Of a stretch of DNA of 45,085 bases, positions 7,626-16,130 are shown in pieces. The notes below the pieces were generated by a model, which saw nothing but the letters and a program-made list of their open reading frames with translations, was not told the DNA's origin and ran no database searches. Numbering within the stretch: the stretch's first letter is position 1; the number at the start of each line of letters is the position of its first letter. Source of the stretch: a virus (taxonomy: Duplodnaviria > Heunggongvirae > Uroviricota > Caudoviricetes); the IMG/VR virus record IMGVR_UViG_2718217859_000005; one strand, given 5' to 3'. A program made the translations under genes and the position numbers.

Positions 7626-7834
7626 TGCAAACCAAGACATGTGTAACTGGTGATGTCGATCTGAAACCTTGCCCGTTCTGCGGAAATCCGGAAGTACAAC
7701 TCATTGAGGTGAAATATTTTCTGGATGGCGATGATGGTTATTACGTCGCATGTACTTGCTGTAACGCAAACCAGATTCCTGATTCGAAAGAACGTGCTGT
7801 TCATGACTGGAACCAGCGCGAAAACGCGGATTGA
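7622..7834 (+). CDS. Lar-family restriction-alleviation protein (zinc ribbon)
   Basis: 70 aa with CPFCG...(17 aa)...CTCC, matching the Lar/RalR-type restriction alleviation fold as recalled; CAGGAGAG RBS. Confidence 0.65.
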   Translation: MMQTKTCVTGDVDLKPCPFCGNPEVQLIEVKYFLDGDDGYYVACTCCNANQIPDSKERAVHDWNQRENAD

Positions 7835-8148
7835 CGGCGAGTAGGTACAAAATGATCCGCAACCAACATATTGATTCTGCAATTTCGGGACGTTACACTG
7901 TTCCTGCACCTTATAAAGCGGGTGCCGGGGGTCGCAGCCCGGAATTGCATACGGCGATATATGACGCGCCTGCGTCTTTTTTATCGTCCGCGCTCACGCA
8001 CGCCAGAATTATGGTGGGCTGGGCAGGGGAGCCGAAAGGCTCGCCGGTTTCCGTATGCGCCGGTACTGCGAACCCTGTTCAGTTCACCACCCATGAGTTT
8101 CGCAGCTCCGGTGGTGGAAGTTATCCATTGCATACGGAGGCTGCCATC

Positions 8149-8514
8149 ATGGCTACAGTCCCAACTTCCCCATACCTGAAAATCGAAGTCGTCAACGGCA
8201 AAGCTGTTATTTTCTCCCTGCATGTTGCCTGCCACTTTAAGCGCATGCACCAGAACATCGTCGACAAAATCGAGTATCTGAACTGCTCGCGTGAATTCTT
8301 CTCCCGTAATTTCATACCGGGTACTTACCACGTGTATGGCGATTCCCTGCGTGGTTATTACATCACCCTTGACGGCCTGATGATGCTTCAGCTTGGGTTA
8401 AGTCTGCGCACAATGCGGTACTACGAGAGCTGTATTGAAGCATTCCATAAGGCAGAAACCAGCCTCAGTCACACCGCTTTTCGCCGTAATCAATGGGAGG
8501 CGCGCCATGTGTAA
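8149..8514 (+). CDS. Hypothetical protein (about 121 aa); N-terminal extent uncertain
   Basis: Internal ATG of track ORF 7831..8514 with a GGAGG RBS. The upstream 300 nt is GC-rich with ORFs in several frames, so the gene may extend to 7852. Confidence 0.4.
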   Translation: MATVPTSPYLKIEVVNGKAVIFSLHVACHFKRMHQNIVDKIEYLNCSREFFSRNFIPGTYHVYGDSLRGYYITLDGLMMLQLGLSLRTMRYYESCIEAFHKAETSLSHTAFRRNQWEARHV

Positions 8515-8740
8515 TAACCATTATTCAGACACCTCTGTTACGGTAATTAAAACCCTGATGGATGCACTGATTGACATCTCTGTTATCGCAGATATGGCGC
8601 ATAAACACGCCACCAGTGAAACAGAATATGCCGGTGCTTTCGTTCCTTATTCACTGGCTGCCATGCAAATTAGCGCCGACCAGGCGCTGGAAACAGCCAG
8701 CAAAATGCTCATGGCTGATGTGCAGGAGGTACATCCATGA
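8507..8740 (+). CDS. Hypothetical protein (77 aa)
   Basis: ATG at 8507 with a GGAGG RBS, overlapping the previous stop (MCNNHYSDTS...). Confidence 0.4.
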   Translation: MCNNHYSDTSVTVIKTLMDALIDISVIADMAHKHATSETEYAGAFVPYSLAAMQISADQALETASKMLMADVQEVHP

Positions 8741-8970
8741 TTCGCCGCAGCGTTAATTTCCTGTATCACCGATACAACCGTTGCCCCCGTGTGGGGCAGT
8801 GGTTTGCCACCAGCAACGGTCACGTTCTGCGGGTTTGCCTGGTCAATACAGAAAGCCAGAAGGTTGTCTGCCAGGTTCAGGGGCGTACTCATACCCTGAG
8901 TTATCCGCTGGTGGCGTTTCAGTCCGGAAAAATGTTTAAACGCCTGGGAGGTGGCTATGCGTCCGTCTGA
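8737..8970 (+). CDS. Hypothetical protein (77 aa)
   Basis: Track ORF; ATGA overlap with the upstream gene. Confidence 0.35.
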   Translation: MIRRSVNFLYHRYNRCPRVGQWFATSNGHVLRVCLVNTESQKVVCQVQGRTHTLSYPLVAFQSGKMFKRLGGGYASV

Positions 8971-9865
8971 TCTTCTGCTCGATTTTGGACATCCGGTTGC
9001 TTATTACCCTGGGCTCGTTAAATACATGGGAAGTCCGCACGCTGTTATTTTCTTTGGTCAGATTTTTTACTGGCAGGATAAAGCACATGCAGCGGAAGGC
9101 GTACATAAAACGCGTGAAGAGATACAACACGAAACCGGACTTACATTTGAACAACAGGCTGTAGCGCGTAAGCATCTTGTGTCCAGAGGCATTTTGGTTG
9201 AAACCAACAAGCGTCTTGAGCACAAAATGTTCTACCGTATAGATTGTGAGCGCCTTAATGAAATTATCAATGAAAACAATCAGTTTTCCCGAAATGGGGA
9301 AACCCGTTTTCGGGAAACTGTAAAACCCAATTTCGCGGAGGAGGGAAAGCCTTCACCGCGGACACGGGAAACCCCTCACCGCGGAGAAGGGAAAACCAAT
9401 TTCGATCTTACAGAGAATACAACAGAGATTACTTCAGAGAATACTACAGAGAGTAAAAACACTATTGGCGCATCCGCTGACGCGTCTGCACCAGCACGTT
9501 CTGCCCGACAGGAATATTCACCGGAATTTGAACAGGCCTGGCAGGAATATCCCAAACGTGCTGGTGGTAATTCCAAGTCAGCAGCCTTCAAAGCCTGGAA
9601 AGCCCGTCTCAGGGAGGGAATAAAACCTGAAGTCATGCTTGATGGCGTGAAGCGGTATGCCGCCTGGGTACGTGCAACAGGAAATACCGGCACACAGTTC
9701 GTGAAGCAGGCCGCAACGTTCTTTGGCCCCGATCGTCATTTCGAAGATTTCTGGCAACAGCCAGCCGCTCCCGGAGGTGGGCGACAGCGACAGGTCGATG
9801 TCCTGTCTGGCCTTGGTGCCATGTCTGACAAATTCGGTAAATCCAGTGACAAATTGACATTCTGA
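8957..9865 (+). CDS. Replication initiation / origin-binding protein (O-like replisome organiser)
   Basis: ATG at 8957 with a GGAGG RBS (the track start at 8951 is GTG). Winged-helix-like N-terminus; the gene carries internal iteron repeats as lambda O does; followed by helicase-loader and helicase genes. Confidence 0.7.
   Translation: MRPSDLLLDFGHPVAYYPGLVKYMGSPHAVIFFGQIFYWQDKAHAAEGVHKTREEIQHETGLTFEQQAVARKHLVSRGILVETNKRLEHKMFYRIDCERLNEIINENNQFSRNGETRFRETVKPNFAEEGKPSPRTRETPHRGEGKTNFDLTENTTEITSENTTESKNTIGASADASAPARSARQEYSPEFEQAWQEYPKRAGGNSKSAAFKAWKARLREGIKPEVMLDGVKRYAAWVRATGNTGTQFVKQAATFFGPDRHFEDFWQQPAAPGGGRQRQVDVLSGLGAMSDKFGKSSDKLTF
9281..9460. repeat. Putative replication origin: iterons plus a flanking A/T-richer repeat segment inside the initiator gene
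   Basis: Two repeat families, each in two copies: (G)AAA(A/C)CCAATTTCG at about 9322 and 9392, and GGGAAA(G/C)CC(T/C)TCACCGCGGA at 9343 and 9366; an inverted repeat CCCGAAA/TTTCGGG at 9284-9317; then CAGAGAATAC direct repeats at 9411-9450. Confidence 0.6.
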
Positions 9866-9875
9866 GGTGACAGCG

Positions 9876-10754
9876 ATGATGACGTTTAACCTGCGTGAAC
9901 AACAAACAAGACTACAGGCGCGAATGGATGAGTTACGGGCAGAGATTGCATTTGCTCAGAAGGGCGAAAAGCCATGGCCTTATCGTTCCTGCCTGATGCG
10001 TGAAGGTCGCGGGTATTGCGAAAAACACGGTAAATACCATACGCATATACTGGTGTGGAGCGATCGCAATGGCGAGGACAGAGAAAAAATTTCATGCTGC
10101 CCTGACTGCTTGATCGCTGAGGCCAACGATTTGACCATGGAGCTGTCGTCCCTCAAGGCGGAAGAGCTGACTGATAACGCCGGAATTGCCCTGCGTTTTC
10201 GGGACTGTGAGTTTGATAACTATCTGGAGGTTAATCCTGACGCAGCCAGAAATCTTGCAGCCTGTCGCCGCTATGCGGAGAACTGGCCAGATATGCTGGA
10301 GAACGGCACCAGTCTTGTTATGACTGGCAGTTGCGGTACCGGGAAAAATCATCTGGCGGTATCAATGGCAAAACACATCATCCGTAATCATCTGGCCAGT
10401 GTGGAGATTACTGATGTGATGCGCCTTACCCGTGCTGTGAAAAACTGCTGGCGGAATGACAGCGAAAAAACAGCGGATGAAGTTATTGAGCATTATGCGT
10501 CATTGGATTTGCTGATCATCGACGAAGTCGGCGTTCAGTTTGGCAGCGCGGCTGAAATGGCTATTTTGCAGGAAATTATCAATGCCCGGTACGAAAGCAT
10601 CCTGCCCACCATCCTGATCAGCAACCTTTCACCGGAAGAGTTGTGGGCGTTCATCAGCCCCCGCATTGCCGACAGGATCACAGACGGGGGACGCAACTGG
10701 TTGTCGTTTAACTGGCCCAGCTATCGTGCGCATATTGGAGGTGTGGCTGCATGA
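9876..10754 (+). CDS. DnaC/IstB-like AAA+ ATPase (putative helicase loader) with N-terminal Cys-rich motif
   Basis: Walker A GSCGTGKNHLA and Walker B LLIIDEVG; N-terminal C..C/CCPDC cluster. ATG at 9876 after GAGG (the track start at 9867 is GTG). Confidence 0.75.
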   Translation: MMTFNLREQQTRLQARMDELRAEIAFAQKGEKPWPYRSCLMREGRGYCEKHGKYHTHILVWSDRNGEDREKISCCPDCLIAEANDLTMELSSLKAEELTDNAGIALRFRDCEFDNYLEVNPDAARNLAACRRYAENWPDMLENGTSLVMTGSCGTGKNHLAVSMAKHIIRNHLASVEITDVMRLTRAVKNCWRNDSEKTADEVIEHYASLDLLIIDEVGVQFGSAAEMAILQEIINARYESILPTILISNLSPEELWAFISPRIADRITDGGRNWLSFNWPSYRAHIGGVAA

Positions 10755-12142
10755 CCACTCCAGTATGGCGTAACGATGATCTGGAAGGCGCTGTCATTGG
10801 CGCGTTTTTTCTGCGTGGGGCAGATCATGAAGTGATGGATATTCTGGCCACACTGCCAGCGGACGTTTTTTCTGTACGAGCGTATAGGGATATCTACACA
10901 GGCATCTGCCGACAGGCTCGTGTTTCAGGTGTGATTGATCCTGTGCTGCTGTGTAATGAAATGCCGGAACTTGCTCCGGTGATTACTGATACCGGGCGTA
11001 AAAGCTGGGTGAAGTCGTCACTGGAGCACTATGTTGCAGCGTTGCGTCGCAATGCCGCACTGCGTGATGCAGAAAAGACGCTGAATGAGGCGTTGCAGAA
11101 ATTACGTGATGCGCATACCTGTGAAGCAGCTGAAGATGCCCTGAAGGATGCGCAGAACATGATGGCCTCATTGTCGATGGAAAAAGGCGCAATTCAGCCG
11201 GTACATATTGATGATGTGCTTCCGGAAGTGGTTGACCGTGTTGAATGCCGGAATCAGGGGCTGGAGAAATCCAGGACGTTGATGACCGGTATTGATGAAC
11301 TGGACGCAAAAACAGGCGGCATGGAGCCCGGCGACCTGGTATTTATTGCGGCTCGTCCGTCAATGGGCAAAACCGAACTGGCGCTGGATATCATCGACAA
11401 AGTGACTGAACAGGGGCGCGGTGTTCTTCTGTTCACAATGGAAATGGCGAACATTCAGATCGGTGAACGCATGGTGTCTGCTGCCGGAGGAATGCCTGTA
11501 TCGCGCCTGAAATCTGTCTCTCACTTTGGTGACGAAGACTGGGCGCGTTTCATTAAGGGTGTGGAGCTGATGACCGGACGCAATATCTGGATGGTGGACC
11601 AGGCGAACCTGACCATTGACGAGATATGCGTAACAACGAAACACCATTTGATTAAACATCCGGAAACGGCACTGGTGGTGGTTGATTATCTCGGGCTGAT
11701 AAAAACCCGAACCACGGGGCGTCATGACCTTGCCGTGGGTGAAATCTCAAAGGGGCTTAAAGGCCTGGCAAAATCCGGCGGATTACCGGTGGTTGCGCTG
11801 AGCCAGCTTTCCCGTGGTGTGGAGTCCAGGCCCAATAAACGCCCTATGAACTCAGACCTGAAAAACTCCGGAGAAATAGAGGCGGATGCAGACATCATTC
11901 TGATGCTTTACAGGGATGAAGTGTACAACCCGGATACGCAGGCCAGAGGCATTGCAGAAATCAATATCACGAAACAACGTAACGGTTCTCTGGGGACGAT
12001 TTACCGACGTTTTTATAACGGACATTTTCTGCCTGTAGACCAGGAAAGCGCGCAGGTTCTTTCCACATCAATGCAGCCGTCCAGACCGCGCAGATACAGT
12101 AACAAACGAACCGACAGTAGTAAGATGGAGCGTTTCTTTTGA
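10751..12142 (+). CDS. DnaB-like replicative helicase
   Basis: 463 aa; RecA-like C-terminal domain with Walker A ARPSMGKT and DnaB-like motifs (VVVDYLGLI, LSQLSRGVE). Confidence 0.8.
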   Translation: MTTPVWRNDDLEGAVIGAFFLRGADHEVMDILATLPADVFSVRAYRDIYTGICRQARVSGVIDPVLLCNEMPELAPVITDTGRKSWVKSSLEHYVAALRRNAALRDAEKTLNEALQKLRDAHTCEAAEDALKDAQNMMASLSMEKGAIQPVHIDDVLPEVVDRVECRNQGLEKSRTLMTGIDELDAKTGGMEPGDLVFIAARPSMGKTELALDIIDKVTEQGRGVLLFTMEMANIQIGERMVSAAGGMPVSRLKSVSHFGDEDWARFIKGVELMTGRNIWMVDQANLTIDEICVTTKHHLIKHPETALVVVDYLGLIKTRTTGRHDLAVGEISKGLKGLAKSGGLPVVALSQLSRGVESRPNKRPMNSDLKNSGEIEADADIILMLYRDEVYNPDTQARGIAEINITKQRNGSLGTIYRRFYNGHFLPVDQESAQVLSTSMQPSRPRRYSNKRTDSSKMERFF

Positions 12143-12153
12143 ACAACCAGACA

Positions 12154-12396
12154 ATGACTTTTACCCCTGAACAATTACGCAAACAGGCGCAGGAAATGCT
12201 GCGACAGGCGGAACAACTGGAAAAATCAGGCGTAACAAAAGATGCCATTCGTCGGGATATGGTACCCGCGCTCAGAGAACTGATGCAGGCAAAACACCGC
12301 GCACAAAAAGCAGTGGATGAGCTGGTGGATTGTGTGGCAGAGCTGGAAACCAAAGTTGGAAAGTTTGAAAAACTAGTGCAGGAGGTACTGCGCTGA
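12154..12396 (+). CDS. Hypothetical coiled-coil protein
   Basis: Track ORF 12139..12396; the first ATG is at 12154 and a TTG at 12139 has a GGAG RBS. Highly charged helical sequence. Confidence 0.35.
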   Translation: MTFTPEQLRKQAQEMLRQAEQLEKSGVTKDAIRRDMVPALRELMQAKHRAQKAVDELVDCVAELETKVGKFEKLVQEVLR

Positions 12397-12761
12397 TGCG
12401 TGATATTCAGATGGTTCTTGAGCGTTGGGGGGCGTGGGTGGCAAATAACCACGAAGATGTTACCTGGTCGTCGATTGCTGCGGGATTCAAAGGACTGATT
12501 CCGTCAAAGGTTAAGTCACGTCCGCAATGTTGTGACGATGACGCGATGATCATTTGTGGTTGCATGGCTCGTCTGAAAAAGAACAACCGTGACTTGCATG
12601 ATCTGCTCGTGGATTATTACGTTGGGGGAATGACTTTTATGGCGCTTGCAAGGAAACATGGACGTTCAGATTGCTGGGTTGGTCGTTTGTTGCAAAAAGC
12701 AGAGGGGATCGTGGCTGGTATGTTAATGATGTTGGATGTCAAACTAGAGATGGAATATTAA
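12396..12761 (+). CDS. Q: Late-gene antiterminator Q-like protein (small Phage_antitermQ type)
   Basis: 121 aa with a Cys cluster ([12 protein letters not shown]); last gene of the early-right operon immediately before the late region; resembles the small Q proteins of E. coli cryptic lambdoid prophages as recalled. Confidence 0.6.
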   Translation: MRDIQMVLERWGAWVANNHEDVTWSSIAAGFKGLIPSKVKSRPQCCDDDAMIICGCMARLKKNNRDLHDLLVDYYVGGMTFMALARKHGRSDCWVGRLLQKAEGIVAGMLMMLDVKLEMEY

Positions 12762-12928
12762 TTTAATTCTCATAGAATTCTTTTCTTTATGAGGGGCGAA
12801 TAATGCCCCTAAACTAGAATATTATAGCTGCCTCATTATCTGGGCAGCATTAGGTTGTTGAGTGGTTTTCGCTATTAAAGCAATCATTCAAAAGGTATAA
12901 AATATGAAGCTGGGTTCTATATTAACGC

Positions 12929-14116
12929 TTACTCCATGCTAAGTGAATCCTGATAGCGCTTAAATGCCTCCGCGAAAGCTAGAGCAGCATCAGCATTTGA
13001 TACCATGTATTCTTCTGTAATGCCTGTTTGGGACTGGAAATATAACTTTCCATAAATGCAAATTGGGATTTGATAGTTATCTTTAAATCGTCGGTCTGGT
13101 GAGCCATCTTTATTTGTTTTTGCCCATGTATGCCCAGCTATGCTGGCATCACTCGGAACACCATCCTCTTCATGGAACCCTTGATGCTGCGCATTAATTT
13201 GTAATTCCCGTAAGTCAATCAGAGCAAATGCCCCATCGGGGCGAGGAATTACAGCAATACCCGGATAAAGCAATATATCGTCGCCATTGACATTTTCAAA
13301 TCGCATTGCTCTTCCAGTAAAACGAATTAGATCTGTTGAAGCGAAATCAAATACGACTGGATGACGATCAACTGCTCGTGTAGCTAACGTCCTTTCTGCA
13401 AACTGATCTATAGCTTTATCTGCGGTAATATCCCATTTTTTGATACTTGATTTTAAAATATCGAAAGCACGAATCATTGCTGCATAAGCCCGCTGTGAGG
13501 AATCGCTGGTTTCGAAATTAATGACGATTTTAGTGTTATCTTCCCAGGATACAAGACGAGATACTTCTGCTTGTATTTGTGGTAGCGTTGCTTCAAGTTC
13601 TGCAATGCGACGTTTATAAAACCATCGAAACAGGCTTGATTTACGTCGAGCCAATTCACTCTTTTGTCTTGATTCTTCTGCAAGAGCCTCTTGTAAGTCA
13701 GATGCTATTTCCGCTCTTTGTTCTCGTGCTTTAACGATCAAGTCTCGTAAAGGTAAAAGAGATGTACTTGTCAAGGCCTCTACTGAGGCACTGGAGATTT
13801 CATTCATGCCTGTTTGTGGCATGTACATTTTTGCGTTTGATGGGGTGTTGTCTGAAATTAACTCGGGTGCATCAATATGAGATTCTACAGACGACGGATT
13901 TAGCTGAATGGTTGTGGATGGTTTGTCTTTGTATGGTAAACGAGGGGATGTATACGATAAACCAGATCCTGGTAACCCTAGAGTTGCTTTAATTCCTTTT
14001 TGGTTAACATTAACTGTGGCTCCGGGGACACCAAAACTTGCGCTTACCCCATGTTTACCGATGTTAAGGCGTACTCCGGGGAAAATGGTAAAAGTTTGTC
14101 TGAAGCGAAGAGACAT
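12929..14116 (-). CDS. DUF4236-like N-terminal domain protein with central coiled coil and unknown C-terminal domain
   Basis: 395 aa; AGGGA RBS. N-terminus MSLRFRQTFTIFPGVRLNIGKHGVSASFGVPGATVNVNQKGIKATLGLPGSGLSY matches the DUF4236 pattern as I remember it; central segment is charged and helical. Convergent with Q. Confidence 0.7.
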   Translation of the reverse strand: MSLRFRQTFTIFPGVRLNIGKHGVSASFGVPGATVNVNQKGIKATLGLPGSGLSYTSPRLPYKDKPSTTIQLNPSSVESHIDAPELISDNTPSNAKMYMPQTGMNEISSASVEALTSTSLLPLRDLIVKAREQRAEIASDLQEALAEESRQKSELARRKSSLFRWFYKRRIAELEATLPQIQAEVSRLVSWEDNTKIVINFETSDSSQRAYAAMIRAFDILKSSIKKWDITADKAIDQFAERTLATRAVDRHPVVFDFASTDLIRFTGRAMRFENVNGDDILLYPGIAVIPRPDGAFALIDLRELQINAQHQGFHEEDGVPSDASIAGHTWAKTNKDGSPDRRFKDNYQIPICIYGKLYFQSQTGITEEYMVSNADAALAFAEAFKRYQDSLSME

Positions 14117-14146
14117 AAGATAATCCCTGTGTAGTAATGTCTAAAG

Positions 14147-14169
14147 TTACATTCCATACTGGAATGTAA
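14147..14169. promoter_or_regulatory. Perfect 9-bp inverted repeat (TTACATTCC-5 nt-GGAATGTAA) in the promoter/5-prime region of the DUF4236-like gene
   Basis: Seen directly, 31-53 nt upstream of the ATG at 14116, within the AT-rich divergent intergenic region 14117-14454. Confidence 0.45.
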
Positions 14170-14454
14170 TACTGCGATGAGACACGAGGCTCATTAAGGA
14201 TTTTTGCATTTTGCTGACATAAATTCTATAAAAATTATGGTGATAAACGTTTTACAATCGTAAAAAAACAAATATGCTGTTAAGAGTGGTACTACGCCAC
14301 ACAGCTTAAACCTGCCGTCGAGCGGTTTTTTTGTACCTGTAAACCTAGTGCAGTACAGTAAACTCGCTGGTGGTTGTGAATACTGACTTTTTATCTTGCT
14401 GGCTTTTTAGACAAGAGTTATTGGTATGTCATGTTAACCAGAAGGGAAAAAGAC

Positions 14455-14652
14455 ATGCTAAAACAGCAGGATATGACCGAAACCGCCAGAGTGGTGTTTA
14501 ATGAATTAAGCGTCACCGAACCGGCGACCGTCGGGGAAATTGCGCAGAATACTTACCTTTCACGCGAACGCTGCCAGTTAATACTGACTCAGCTTGTTAT
14601 GGCGGGTCTGGCAGATTATCAGTTCGGTTGTTACAGACGTCTTCCGCAGTGA
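14455..14652 (+). CDS. Small winged-helix regulator, PapI/FaeA-like
   Basis: ATG at 14455 with an AAGGGA RBS (track ORF starts at 14431). About 66 aa; pattern ...ATVGEIAQNTYLSRERCQLILTQLVMAGL... resembles PapI-family regulators. Confidence 0.45.
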   Translation: MLKQQDMTETARVVFNELSVTEPATVGEIAQNTYLSRERCQLILTQLVMAGLADYQFGCYRRLPQ

Positions 14653-14788
14653 AGGCTTTTTAATTCGTGGTAATGGGCGGCTGGTGGGTGTTAGCGGCAC
14701 CTGTCAGTCATTTGCTTATGTGTTGATGAGAATTTACTTTTTGGGGCTATAATTAAGCTAACCAATTGCTAATTAAAGTAAAATTATA

Positions 14789-15502
14789 ATGGATGTTGTC
14801 TGTTCAGTTATCATGGTTTGCTCCCCAATTAATATTTTTCTTGAAAAGGATACGTTGTCACTTAAGCCCGGCTCAGTCGTTCTGGCCACCAAATGCATCA
14901 GGGAGCTTTTCCTTATGCATTATGGCAAAGTAAAAATTGTCGATATAAGCCATTCTATAGTAAGTCAATATCTGGAAAGCCAGCATAAGCTGACAAGAGG
15001 TCCTCTGACTGACATTCCACTTTACTTGTTGCTGGACCCCAACAATCCTGCGCTGGCTGCAGCTTTAATTACCAGCCAGAGATTTTCCGGAGAGACCACG
15101 GATATGTTTCTTATGATGGCCTGCCTGTCGCTGTTTGAATCAGATGAACGGATGTCATTATTTTTAAGTGGATGTGTATCCAGTATAAGTGTCAAAGTCA
15201 GAGCGATTATTCAAACAGATATATCATCAAGCTGGACGCTTGGTGCGATTGCTCTACAGTTGCATATGAGTGAGAGCTTGTTAAAGAAAAAACTCAAGGA
15301 TGAAGGTCTCAGGTTCAGTAATTTGTTACTTGAGGAACGGATGCGGGTTGCTGTAAATATGTTATGTTCCCGACATGGATATGGACAGGCTGTAGCAGAA
15401 AAATGCGGTTATTCAAGTAGGTCCTACTTTATCTCTGTATTTCACCGCTATTATGGCTTCCCGCCAGACAGATATGTATCTATGCAAGGGCTTGATTTTT
15501 GA
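14789..15502 (+). CDS. AraC-family transcriptional regulator (Rns/AggR-like size and layout)
   Basis: C-terminal AraC-type double HTH (LGAIALQLHMSESLLKKKLKDEG... and ...VAEKCGYSSRSYFISVFHRYYGFPPDRY); AT-rich gene; true start may be an internal Met. Confidence 0.75.
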   Translation: MDVVCSVIMVCSPINIFLEKDTLSLKPGSVVLATKCIRELFLMHYGKVKIVDISHSIVSQYLESQHKLTRGPLTDIPLYLLLDPNNPALAAALITSQRFSGETTDMFLMMACLSLFESDERMSLFLSGCVSSISVKVRAIIQTDISSSWTLGAIALQLHMSESLLKKKLKDEGLRFSNLLLEERMRVAVNMLCSRHGYGQAVAEKCGYSSRSYFISVFHRYYGFPPDRYVSMQGLDF

Positions 15503-15528
15503 TTTCATCTGATTATTATTTTCGGCCC

Positions 15529-15604
15529 GGCCCTTTAGCTCAGTGGTGAGAGCGAGCGACTCATAATCGCCAGGTCGCTGGTTCAAATCCAGCAAGGGCC
15601 ACCA
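15529..15604 (+). tRNA. tRNA with CAU anticodon (Ile2/lysidine-type or Met), ileX-like
   Basis: 76 nt; 7-bp acceptor stem GGCCCTT/AAGGGCC, anticodon loop CTCATAA, T-loop TTCAAAT, encoded CCA. Closely resembles E. coli ileX as recalled. Confidence 0.85.
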
Positions 15605-15605
15605 A

Positions 15606-15682
15606 CCGCCACTAGCTCATCAGGAAAGAGAGTCAACCCTTTAAGTTGAGAGTGCGAGGTTCGAGTCTCCGGTGGCGGTCCA
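15606..15682 (+). tRNA. Degenerate tRNA-like element (possible pseudo-tRNA; anticodon-loop CCTTTAA)
   Basis: Perfect acceptor stem (CCGCCAC/GTGGCGG) and anticodon stem (TCAAC/GTTGA), but a mismatch in the D-stem and in the T-stem, and C instead of U at position 33. Confidence 0.4.
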
Positions 15683-15684
15683 GT

Positions 15685-15760
<76 letters not shown>

Positions 15761-15763
15761 TAT

Positions 15764-15838
<75 letters not shown>

Positions 15839-16106
15839 GCAGAGGACGATACTAGGTTGTTTTTGGGCACTGACACTTTATGTGGGGCGTTTTTACCTGA
15901 CTCCTTACCGCGTCCTGTTCTGTAATGAATGCTATTTATTACGGTACCAGTGCTATTTTTTTACAATAGTGGAATGGTGCATTACCGGTGGAGATTTTGT
16001 ATTTCCTGGCAGGGTCGGTGATGCATCATTCCGATGTTGTAAGCATCGCTCAGAATAACGTTGAGATTAATCGCGTACTAAGCAAAACCTGGAAATACAT
16101 CCTTAA

Positions 16107-16130
16107 CCGCCGCACCAGGCGGTTTTTTTT
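16107..16130 (+). terminator. Rho-independent terminator
   Basis: Hairpin CCGCC-GCACCA-GGCGG followed by an 8-T run. Confidence 0.55.

Noticed and set aside
7981-8331. 116-aa minus-strand ORF with a protein-like N-terminal translation
   Set aside because: Starts with GTG and has no in-frame ATG near the start, lies antisense within a plus-strand operon, and overlaps a plus-strand ORF that has a GGAGG RBS; kept only as an uncertainty in the findings.
12792-12810. Hairpin AGGGGC-GAATAAT-GCCCCT just after Q, considered as the late terminator tR-prime
   Set aside because: Not followed by a T-run on either strand, so it is not a convincing intrinsic terminator; it may still be part of a qut/PR-prime region, but I cannot support that from sequence alone.
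15413-15595. 60-aa minus-strand ORF (MLDLNQRPGDYESLALTTELKGRAENNN...)
   Set aside because: It overlaps the first tRNA gene; the LNQRPGDYESLALTTEL-type translation is the classic artefact of reading a tRNA gene antisense.
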